From: a virus | Taxonomy: Duplodnaviria > Caudoviricetes | DNA: 25,374 nucleotides | IMG/VR virus record: IMGVR_UViG_3300035148_000299 | Coordinates: 1 to 25,374 of that record | Strand: one strand, 5' to 3' | Shown: piece by piece, positions 16,635 to 24,014 of the stretch | How positions within the stretch are numbered: position 1 is the first letter of the stretch | Layout of the letters: the number at the start of each line of letters is the position of its first letter | The notes under the pieces: generated by a model | Database searches by the model: none | Seen by the model: only the letters and a program-made list of their open reading frames with translations | What the model was told of the DNA's origin: nothing | Position numbers and translations under genes: made by a program

Positions 16635-19600
16635 GTGGATTTCTACCAGATCAGCACCAAAGAATTGAAGGATGGCTCTGTCGAAGTATTTCCTGACTGG
16701 AAGGTTGGTCGTTCCAAAGATTTGATGATCCGCGGGAAAAGCTTTTATGCCATCTGGGACGAAAAGCTAGGGCTATGGTCTACGGATGAGTATGATGTCC
16801 AGCGAATCGTTGATGAGGAACTATATGCATATGCTGATCAGAAGACTGCATATACAGGTATTCCACATGTTGTGAAAAGTGTAAGGACGTTCAACAACAA
16901 CGTCTGGAGCCAGTTCAAGAAGTTCGTATTCAACTTGAGCGACAACTCGCATCCTCTCGATGAGAAGCTGACATTCCTCGATACACCCGTTACGAAGCAG
17001 GACTACGTCAGTCGTAGACTTCCATATTCGATGGCTCCCGGCGACTGCAGCGCTTGGGACGAATTGATCGGGACTCTATATTCTCCAGAAGAGCGCGAAA
17101 AGATCGAATGGGCTATCGGGGCGGTTATATCTGGAGACGCTAAGAAGATCCAGAAGTTCCTGGTCCTCTACGGTCCTGCTGGTACTGGTAAATCCACTAT
17201 TCTCAACATTATCGAGAAATTGTTTGTCGGCTACACCACATATTTCGAGGCTAAGGCTCTTGGCAGCAGCAACAACCAGTTTGCTACTGAGGCTTTTCGG
17301 CACAACCCATTAGTTGCGATCCAACATGATGGGGACTTGTCGAAGATCGATGACAATACCAAGTTGAACTCGATTATTGCCCACGAAGATATGACTATGC
17401 ACGAGAAGTTCAAGCCTAGTTACACAGCTAGGATTAATGCTTTCTTGTTCATGGGAACAAATCAGCCGGTTCGTATATCTGATGCAAAGTCTGGCATTAT
17501 CCGCAGGCTCATCGATGTGCATCCTTCTGGAGAGAAGATTCCGGTCAATCACTATCACACGTTGATGGCCAGGATCGATTTCGAGCTAGGGGCTATTGCA
17601 CAGCATTGTCTGGATGTTTATCAGACGCTCGGGAGGAACCGGTACAGTAATTACCGTCCGCTCGAGATGATGTTCCAGACCGATATTTTCTTCAATTTCA
17701 TTGAGGCTCATTACGACCTGTTCAAGACTCAAGACGCAGTAAGCTTGAAGCAGGCATATTCCTTGTACAAGGAGTACTGTTCCGAGACTGGTGTGGACAA
17801 GCCCCTGCCCCAGTACAAGGTGCGTGAAGAGCTCAGAAACTACTTCGAGACTTTCCAGACCAGAGGAATTGTCAATGGAGTAGAAGTTCGAAGTGTATTT
17901 AGTAGTTTCACAGCAAATAAATTCAAAGTCGAATCAAAAGAAGACAAGACATTCTCGTTGGTTCTTGAAGAGACGGCTTCTATATTTGACAGGGAGTATG
18001 AAGATTGCGCGGCTCAGTATGCAAATTCGAAAGGATACCCAGGCAAACGATGGGAGAATGTGAAAACGTCCCTATCATCCATCGATACGACGCAATTGCA
18101 TTACGTTATTGTTCCAAGAAACCATATAGTGATCGATTTCGATATTGTTGGTGAAGACGGAAGCAAATCACTTGAGCTAAATCTAAAAGCAGCAAGCTCT
18201 TGGCCGGCAACATATGCGGAATTGAGCAAGAGCGGTCAAGGTGTTCATCTGCATTATATTTACGACGGTGCAGTTGAGGATCTTGCTTCTCGGTATGACG
18301 AAGGCATTGAAGTGAAGACTCTTCTCGGGTATTCATCATTGAGGAGGAAGCTCACTAAATGCAACAATGTCCCGATTCGAACCATATCGGGTGGCCTTCC
18401 ATTGAAGGAGAGAAAAATGTTGCCTGCTAATTCAATTCAGTCAGAAAAAGGTCTTCGAGAATTGATCCAGAGGAACCTTAGAAAAGAGATCCATCCCGGT
18501 ACCAAATCCTCTGTAGACTTCATTCACAAGATTTTGGAGGATGCTTATGCTTCCGGGATGACATACGATGTAACGGACCTCAGATCCACAATTGTTGCAT
18601 TCGCCAACAATAGCACTCATCAGCCATTGGCTGCATTGAAGACTGTCCAACAGATGAAGTTCAAGTCTGAAACTGAGGAAGTCGAGGCTCCAAAGCCTAA
18701 GGACGATCGGTTGGCGTTCTTCGATGTCGAGGTATATCCCAATCTGTTTGTAGTCTGTTGGAAGTTCCAGGGCTCGGACACTGTCGTACGTATGGTGAAC
18801 CCATCACCCCAAGATGTTGAGCAAATGCTCGGTCTGAAATTAGTCGGCTTCAATAATCGGCGGTACGACAATCATATTTTGTATGCAAGAATTCTCGGCT
18901 ATGACAATGCCCAGTTGTACAACTTGAGTCAGAAGATCATCAATGACGGTCTGGGGGCTATGTTCGGCGAGGCTTACAACCTCTCGTACACCGATATTTA
19001 CGACTTCAGCTCTAAGAAGCAGGGCTTGAAGAAGTTCCAGATCGATCTCGGTATATTCCATCAAGAGCTCGAGTTTCCATGGGATCAGCCTGTCCCGGAA
19101 GAAGCTTGGGACAAGGTAGTCGCATATTGTGTGAATGACGTTATTTCCACAGAAGCCGTATTCGAGGATCGCAAGCAAGATTTCGTTGCAAGACAGATCT
19201 TGAGCGAGCTGAGCGGGCTGAGCGTCAACGACACGACTAGGAAGCATACCGCGGCAATCATATTTGGTGATGAGGCAAATCCGCAGAAGCAGTTCGTCTA
19301 TACAGATCTCAGTGAGATGTTTCCGGGGTACAAGTACGAAGCCGGCGTCAGCACATATCGTGGCGAGGTTACTGGAGAAGGTGGATACGTATATTCCGAG
19401 CCGGGCATCTACTCGAATGTAGCTGTTCTCGACGTAGCGTCCATGCATCCGACCTCGATCAAGATGCTGAACCTGTTTGGCCCATATACTCCGAATTTTG
19501 TAGCGTTGACTGATGCTAGGCTGGCTATCAAGCACAAGAATTACGAAGAAGCCAAGCGGATGCTGAACGGGAAGCTAGCACCATATCTGTCTGATCCGGA

Positions 19601-20381
19601 ACAGGCGGATGCGCTTTCCTATGCTCTCAAGATCGTAGTCAACACCGTTTATGGTCTGACTTCGGCGAAGTTCAAGAACATATTCATGGATCCTAGAAAC
19701 ATCGACAACATTGTGGCGAAGCGTGGGGCCTTGTTCATGATCGACTTGAAACACGCGGTTCAAGAGCAAGGTTTCCAGGTAATCCATATCAAGACAGATT
19801 CGATCAAGATCCCTAATGCAACGGAGGAGATTGTCGAGTTCATCACCGAATTCGGCAAGAGGTATGGGTACGACTTCGAGCTGGAATGCATCTACGACAA
19901 GATCGCTCTTGTGAACGATGCGGTTTATATTGCTCTGCTCGACGGCAAGTGGACTGCAGTTGGAGCGCAATTCCAGCACCCATACGTATTCAAGAAGCTC
20001 TTCAGTCAAGAGCCTTTGGATATTGAGGATCTGTTCGAGACGAAGCAAGTTTCGCAAGGGGCTATGTATTTGGATTTCGAGTTCGACAGGCCTTTGCCAT
20101 TGGCGACCGAAGGTATGCATTTCGTAGGGAGGATCGGAAGGTTCATCCCTGTGAAGCAGGAAGCCGGCGGTGGAATGTTGTACCGGGTAAAGGATGGCAA
20201 GTTCTTCGCCGTCACCGGGACCAAAAATCATTTGTGGATGGAGGCTGATGCAGCACTGAAATTGTGGCTATCGGACGAACTGATCGACTATCTATATTTC
20301 GACAACCTTGTAAGTGATGCAGTAGAAGCAATTTCCAAGTACGGCAATTTCGATGATTTTGTAGATCAAGGAGCAAATTAA
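16635..20381 (+). CDS. Fused SF3 helicase / primase-polymerase / 3'-5' exonuclease / family B DNA polymerase
   Basis: RBS AAGGAGG then GTG at 16635. Walker A GPAGTGKST and FMGTN. Primase-like VIDFD and SKSGQGVHLHY. Exonuclease FDVE, GFNNRRYD, YCVND. PolB motifs LDVASMHPT, LKIVVNTVYG, IKTDS. Confidence 0.85.
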   Translation: MDFYQISTKELKDGSVEVFPDWKVGRSKDLMIRGKSFYAIWDEKLGLWSTDEYDVQRIVDEELYAYADQKTAYTGIPHVVKSVRTFNNNVWSQFKKFVFNLSDNSHPLDEKLTFLDTPVTKQDYVSRRLPYSMAPGDCSAWDELIGTLYSPEEREKIEWAIGAVISGDAKKIQKFLVLYGPAGTGKSTILNIIEKLFVGYTTYFEAKALGSSNNQFATEAFRHNPLVAIQHDGDLSKIDDNTKLNSIIAHEDMTMHEKFKPSYTARINAFLFMGTNQPVRISDAKSGIIRRLIDVHPSGEKIPVNHYHTLMARIDFELGAIAQHCLDVYQTLGRNRYSNYRPLEMMFQTDIFFNFIEAHYDLFKTQDAVSLKQAYSLYKEYCSETGVDKPLPQYKVREELRNYFETFQTRGIVNGVEVRSVFSSFTANKFKVESKEDKTFSLVLEETASIFDREYEDCAAQYANSKGYPGKRWENVKTSLSSIDTTQLHYVIVPRNHIVIDFDIVGEDGSKSLELNLKAASSWPATYAELSKSGQGVHLHYIYDGAVEDLASRYDEGIEVKTLLGYSSLRRKLTKCNNVPIRTISGGLPLKERKMLPANSIQSEKGLRELIQRNLRKEIHPGTKSSVDFIHKILEDAYASGMTYDVTDLRSTIVAFANNSTHQPLAALKTVQQMKFKSETEEVEAPKPKDDRLAFFDVEVYPNLFVVCWKFQGSDTVVRMVNPSPQDVEQMLGLKLVGFNNRRYDNHILYARILGYDNAQLYNLSQKIINDGLGAMFGEAYNLSYTDIYDFSSKKQGLKKFQIDLGIFHQELEFPWDQPVPEEAWDKVVAYCVNDVISTEAVFEDRKQDFVARQILSELSGLSVNDTTRKHTAAIIFGDEANPQKQFVYTDLSEMFPGYKYEAGVSTYRGEVTGEGGYVYSEPGIYSNVAVLDVASMHPTSIKMLNLFGPYTPNFVALTDARLAIKHKNYEEAKRMLNGKLAPYLSDPEQADALSYALKIVVNTVYGLTSAKFKNIFMDPRNIDNIVAKRGALFMIDLKHAVQEQGFQVIHIKTDSIKIPNATEEIVEFITEFGKRYGYDFELECIYDKIALVNDAVYIALLDGKWTAVGAQFQHPYVFKKLFSQEPLDIEDLFETKQVSQGAMYLDFEFDRPLPLATEGMHFVGRIGRFIPVKQEAGGGMLYRVKDGKFFAVTGTKNHLWMEADAALKLWLSDELIDYLYFDNLVSDAVEAISKYGNFDDFVDQGAN

Positions 20382-20803
20382 TGGACCGTTTCGTAACTAT
20401 GGCATTCCAGATTGACGGGAATACCTGGCCTTTGGCGTTGGCACTTCTTCCGGAAGGTTTCCAGCAACTTCCATTCGACCAGGTCGTTGGGTGCTATGTC
20501 GTCATCAATTCAGTGGACTTGGCTATCGAGCGTACAAAGAAGGGCTGGAAGCAGCGGGCATTCATCACCCCGACAAATTGCTGGATGACGGCAGAGGATT
20601 TCAAGCTCCATTATGCTCCGAAGATTAAACTCCCGAAGCCGGCGACCATCGATGTTGAAATGATCCCTGTTAATGAGATCGGGTTCAAAGACCACAAGGA
20701 TCCTGAAACTAAGGAGAAGCTCTTCTATAAGAAGGCACGTGTGTCTGGAATGGATGAGGCTGGCAAGATTATGAAGGAGATTTGGGATGTCCTTGACAAC
20801 TAA
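20381..20803 (+). CDS. Hypothetical protein
   Basis: TAATG coupling with the polymerase stop and AAGGAG RBS. Confidence 0.7.
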   Translation: MDRFVTMAFQIDGNTWPLALALLPEGFQQLPFDQVVGCYVVINSVDLAIERTKKGWKQRAFITPTNCWMTAEDFKLHYAPKIKLPKPATIDVEMIPVNEIGFKDHKDPETKEKLFYKKARVSGMDEAGKIMKEIWDVLDN

Positions 20804-21260
20804 GCCCGTAGTTCTCGAAAATGTGAAGATCACCCTTCGGAATTTCGCTGGCAAGGAGGGTCTGTATAATCGGGAGGGTGACCGTAACTTCGCCGTTCTT
20901 CTCGATGATGATCTTGCAGAGGCGATGGCTCAGGACGGCTGGAATGTGAGTTATTTCAAGCCTAAGCCAGGGGAGGAACATCGCCAGGCATTTCTGGAAG
21001 TTGCCGTCAATTTCAAGACGAAGGGTCGACCGCCCCGGGTTACTCTTGTGACGAGCAGCGGACGATCCAATCTGACTGAAGATGATATCGAGATTCTCGA
21101 CTGGGTGGATATTATCAACGTCGATCTTATTATCCGTCCATACAACTGGAACGTTAGCGGGAGGTCTGGTATTCGAGCATATCTCCAAAGCTTGTATGTC
21201 ACAATCCATGAAGATCCCTTGGAATTGAAATATGCTGCCTACGAACAACGTGAGGAATAA
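20787..21260 (+). CDS. Probable single-stranded DNA-binding protein
   Basis: RBS AAGGAG. RNFAG....YNREGDRNF and VDLIIRPYNW..G..AYLQSLYVTI. Acidic C-terminus and replication context. Confidence 0.65.
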   Translation: MSLTTKPVVLENVKITLRNFAGKEGLYNREGDRNFAVLLDDDLAEAMAQDGWNVSYFKPKPGEEHRQAFLEVAVNFKTKGRPPRVTLVTSSGRSNLTEDDIEILDWVDIINVDLIIRPYNWNVSGRSGIRAYLQSLYVTIHEDPLELKYAAYEQREE

Positions 21261-21261
21261 C

Positions 21262-21657
21262 ATGCAGATCAACCGTTTCATGCGCAAGACGTTCTATGTT
21301 GACGCGGTTCAGGTTACCGAAACCAATTTACACTTCGTGGCCGAATGGTGTGATGGCAAGGTGAAGACCTTGAATCAGGAGGACGCTAAGAATTGGAACA
21401 CTCCAGCTCGTATCGGTAATCCATACGTCAAGGTGAAGGTCAATCGCCCTTTTAGTATGCGACAGACTGCTGCTTTTGTCGGTGATTGGGTAGTCAAGGT
21501 AACTAATACGACTCGAGACGGCGGCACTGTAGATTCATGTCGCGTCTACACCAACGGTGCGTTCAATCGCAGCTTCGAGATTGCTGACAGTGATCCCACC
21601 GTCTCCGATATTCTCGAAGGTCTCGAGACACTTGTGAAGCAAATTCCTTCCAATTAG
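21262..21657 (+). CDS. Hypothetical phage protein
   Basis: GAGG RBS and ATG at 21262. RK..VDAVQ..VAEWC..AFVGDWVVK pattern. Confidence 0.7.
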   Translation: MQINRFMRKTFYVDAVQVTETNLHFVAEWCDGKVKTLNQEDAKNWNTPARIGNPYVKVKVNRPFSMRQTAAFVGDWVVKVTNTTRDGGTVDSCRVYTNGAFNRSFEIADSDPTVSDILEGLETLVKQIPSN

Positions 21658-21661
21658 CATC

Positions 21662-21717
21662 ATATCTGTGCAGGGGGTAAGCGGGTTTCAACACCTGGCT
21701 GCCCCCTGCATAGATGT
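21662..21717 (+). other. Long GC-rich hairpin (terminator or processing site)
   Basis: ATCTGTGCAGGGGG (21664-21677) pairs with CCCCCTGCATAGAT (21702-21715) with one G-U. No U-tract. Confidence 0.6.
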
Positions 21718-21762
21718 CGCGTATAAAACACGGGTTTAGATGAAAGAACCCAACCGAAAGGA
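21717..21762 (+). promoter_or_regulatory. Cassette upstream element B6
   Basis: TCGCGTATAAAACACGGGTTTAGATGAAAGAACCCAACCGAAAGGA. Confidence 0.75.
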
Positions 21763-21768
21763 ACCATC

Positions 21769-21930
21769 ATGCCTACGAACAACATCGTCGTGGCTATGCC
21801 CGTATCCGCCATCATCCCACTCGGAATCGCAGGAGTACTTCTGTACCTCTGGATTTCGTCAAGAAATGAGACGGCAAGAGCTAACCACGATGACTTGCTC
21901 ACGCAGTACATCAATTCCCTGAAGCACTAA
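21769..21930 (+). CDS. Cassette 6 cargo: 53-aa single-TM protein (not in ORF track)
   Basis: Hand translation MPTNNIVVAMPVSAIIPLGIAGVLLYLWISSRNETARANHDDLLTQYINSLKH. Follows GAAAGGA and ends just before the A hairpin. Confidence 0.75.
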   Translation: MPTNNIVVAMPVSAIIPLGIAGVLLYLWISSRNETARANHDDLLTQYINSLKH

Positions 21931-21940
21931 TCCTTTTCAC

Positions 21941-21975
21941 AACCCTCTAAGACCCTAACACGGTCTTATGGTTTT
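21941..21975 (+). terminator. Conserved cassette hairpin A (copy 4)
   Basis: TAAGACC at 21948, GGTCTTA at 21962. Confidence 0.75.
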
Positions 21976-21992
21976 AATTTTTAGGAGATAAT

Positions 21993-22220
21993 ATGAGTGA
22001 CAATGATATCTTGTTAAGGCGAGATGTTCGTGAAGCTGTAAAAGATGTTGCCATTGAACTTGGTTTGGGCATGTCTATGAGCGCGTATCATCTGGCGACT
22101 TTATATATGCTTAAGCAGGCTATGTTTCTGGATAAGGGACCGGTTAAAGACGCATATATTCGGATCCTTACTGAGTTGGAAATCGAATACGCCACTCTCG
22201 CGGGGAAAACATTGCATTAG
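21993..22220 (+). CDS. Hypothetical protein; its 3' end overlaps element B7
   Basis: RBS AGGAG. 75 aa. Confidence 0.65.
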   Translation: MSDNDILLRRDVREAVKDVAIELGLGMSMSAYHLATLYMLKQAMFLDKGPVKDAYIRILTELEIEYATLAGKTLH

Positions 22221-22243
22221 ATGGAAGAACCCAACCGAAAGGA
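22198..22243 (+). promoter_or_regulatory. Cassette upstream element B7
   Basis: TCGCGGGGAAAACATTGCATTAGATGGAAGAACCCAACCGAAAGGA. Confidence 0.7.
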
Positions 22244-22248
22244 CCATC

Positions 22249-22494
22249 ATGCCTGAAAAGACCGAAGCCCAAAAGCAATTCGAGATTGTCGCCAAGCAGC
22301 GAGTCGACTTTGTCATGTCAAGCATGGAACTGAATCCGGATTCGTACACCGACCACATCGTCGCAATAGTGATCGCATACCAGGCGTACGAATCCATGCC
22401 AGTTTCCAACCTGAACAGAGCAATTATTCGAAACGAATTCTTGGCGATGCTGATCGAAGATGTTCGCAACTTGGTCTCCATCAACCAACCGTAA
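22249..22494 (+). CDS. Cassette 7 cargo: 81-aa protein
   Basis: Lies between B7 and A with a good RBS. Confidence 0.75.
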   Translation: MPEKTEAQKQFEIVAKQRVDFVMSSMELNPDSYTDHIVAIVIAYQAYESMPVSNLNRAIIRNEFLAMLIEDVRNLVSINQP

Positions 22495-22511
22495 CCATCG
22501 ATCCCTTCCAA

Positions 22512-22596
22512 AACCCTCTAAGACCCTAACACGGTCTTATGGTTTTTGCCTTTCGCGTAGGAAACACGTATATTAATGAGAACCCAACCGAAAGGA
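22512..22596 (+). repeat. A+B junction repeat (hairpin copy 5 + element B8)
   Basis: TAAGACC 22519, TCGCGT 22553, ATTAAT 22572, GAAAGGA. Confidence 0.9.
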
Positions 22597-22602
22597 ACTA
22601 TC

Positions 22603-22869
22603 ATGACCAAGAACTACCTCAATATGAGCACCGAATATCTTGACATGGATACAGCCGACAAACTAGTCGCTGAGCACATCCAAGAGTACATCTCGAAGTT
22701 CGACATCGAAGACACCCCCGCAAACCGCGTGAAGATTATCACGCATTTGCAAGAAAGTCTTGCCGTGTACGAGCCCTTCGACTATCGTACTCCTACCGGA
22801 TTGAACCGCAGCACATACAAGATCGCCTTATCCATGCGGAAAATACAGGAGCTTTACTGCAGCTTCTGA
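22603..22869 (+). CDS. Cassette 8 cargo: 88-aa protein
   Basis: ATG 6 nt after GAAAGGA. Ends before the A hairpin. Confidence 0.75.
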   Translation: MTKNYLNMSTEYLDMDTADKLVAEHIQEYISKFDIEDTPANRVKIITHLQESLAVYEPFDYRTPTGLNRSTYKIALSMRKIQELYCSF

Positions 22870-22893
22870 TCATCCAACACCCGATCGTCTCTT

Positions 22894-22982
22894 CTCACAA
22901 CCCTCTAAGACCCTAACACGGTCTTATGGTTTTTGCTTTTCGCGTGGGAAACATGGATTATAATGAGAACCCAACCGAAAGG
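22894..22982 (+). repeat. A+B junction repeat (hairpin copy 6 + element B9)
   Basis: 89 bp identical to 23254-23342. Confidence 0.95.
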
Positions 22983-22989
22983 TACTGAA

Positions 22990-23232
22990 ATGTTCAAGAA
23001 GACTTGTCCAGAAATGTACTTGCACGAGAACCCAACCGACGTCATCATCCGTTTTGCCAAGCACAACAAGATGAAGCCAACCAACCGAAACATGTATATC
23101 ATTGTAGGATCCATTTGCATGGTCCTGCAAAGCGAAATGCAGAATTACGGCGAGGATGACTTCACCGCTGAAGAGCTTCGCAACGCTCAGACGTATGCAG
23201 ATCTCGCCGAGTACTACCACAAGCTCGTCTGA
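22990..23232 (+). CDS. Cassette 9 cargo: 80-aa protein
   Basis: ATG after GAAAGG. Ends before the A hairpin. Confidence 0.75.
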   Translation: MFKKTCPEMYLHENPTDVIIRFAKHNKMKPTNRNMYIIVGSICMVLQSEMQNYGEDDFTAEELRNAQTYADLAEYYHKLV

Positions 23233-23253
23233 CCACTCCCACCAACGACTGAC

Positions 23254-23342
23254 CTCACAACCCTCTAAGACCCTAACACGGTCTTATGGTTTTTGCTTTT
23301 CGCGTGGGAAACATGGATTATAATGAGAACCCAACCGAAAGG
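23254..23342 (+). repeat. A+B junction repeat (hairpin copy 7 + element B10)
   Basis: 89 bp identical to 22894-22982 (offset 360). Confidence 0.95.
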
Positions 23343-23349
23343 AAATGAA

Positions 23350-23607
23350 ATGACCGAATTCCACACAAGCCCCACCACCTTGACCGAGATGAAGGGCGTG
23401 ATCATGGCCGAACTCGACTCGATTTTGTCAGAACACAACTATCCAATTACTCTAGAAAACCAGTACACTTTGATGCTGGCTACCCGAGAGTCTTGGCAAG
23501 AAGATACTGACGATTCGTTGTCAAAGTCAATGTACATGCTCGCCCTCACTCTGTTGATCTCAGAGGTGCAAGTGAAACTCCTCACACAACATCCCGCCAA
23601 CAAGTAA
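23350..23607 (+). CDS. Cassette 10 cargo: 85-aa protein
   Basis: ATG after GAAAGGA. Confidence 0.75.
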   Translation: MTEFHTSPTTLTEMKGVIMAELDSILSEHNYPITLENQYTLMLATRESWQEDTDDSLSKSMYMLALTLLISEVQVKLLTQHPANK

Positions 23608-23614
23608 CTCAATC

Positions 23615-23699
23615 AACCCTCTAAGACCCTAACACGGTCTTATGGTTTTTGTCTTTCGCGTGGGAAACATGGATTATAATGAGAACCCAACCGAAAGGA
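23615..23699 (+). repeat. A+B junction repeat (hairpin copy 8 + element B11)
   Basis: TAAGACC 23622, TCGCGT 23656, TATAAT 23675. Confidence 0.9.
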
Positions 23700-23705
23700 A
23701 CCATC

Positions 23706-23930
23706 ATGTCCAATATCTTGCAGAATCGTGTAAACGAGACAGTTAAGAACCTGATCATGCTGAAGGTTAAGCAAGACAAGCTCAAGCCAACCCCGGAAAA
23801 TATGGTACTCATAACCGCCTCTTGGATGGCCCATTATGAGAACCAGCCCGAGCGTTTTAAAGATGCTTTGTCAAACGCAATCGCAGCACGATTTGAGGAT
23901 CTAAACTCGTTCTACGCGCATCAGCTATGA
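23706..23930 (+). CDS. Cassette 11 cargo: 74-aa protein
   Basis: ATG after GAAAGGA. Confidence 0.75.
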   Translation: MSNILQNRVNETVKNLIMLKVKQDKLKPTPENMVLITASWMAHYENQPERFKDALSNAIAARFEDLNSFYAHQL

Positions 23931-23961
23931 ACGACTGACCGCCCAATCCCCATTCTCGACC

Positions 23962-23996
23962 AACCCTCTAAGACCCTAACACGGTCTTATGGTTTT
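23962..23996 (+). terminator. Conserved cassette hairpin A (copy 9)
   Basis: TAAGACC at 23969, GGTCTTA at 23983. Confidence 0.75.
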
Positions 23997-24014
23997 AAAT
24001 TTTTTGGAGATAGT

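Noticed and set aside
21740-21922. 60-aa ORF from the track
   Set aside because: It starts inside element B6 without an RBS. The 21769-21930 frame has the RBS and a TM segment.
22899-22934. Hairpin A as an integron attC site (AAC...GTT ends, bulged stem)
   Set aside because: Only about 35 bp, no RYYYAAC/GTTRRRY match or L boxes, cassettes carry their own promoters, and no tyrosine integrase is in the window.
22576-23705. Shared N-terminal peptide M(L/S)FAWETWIIMRTQPKG in the ORF track
   Set aside because: It is a translation of the DNA repeat. The element's ATG is out of frame with the cargo in B2, B5, B6 and B7, and the RBS points to the downstream ATG.
22512-23996. Regularly spaced repeats suggesting a CRISPR array
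   Set aside because: The intervals are about 250-310 bp, each a full ORF with an RBS. The repeats are 85-89 bp and no cas genes are present.
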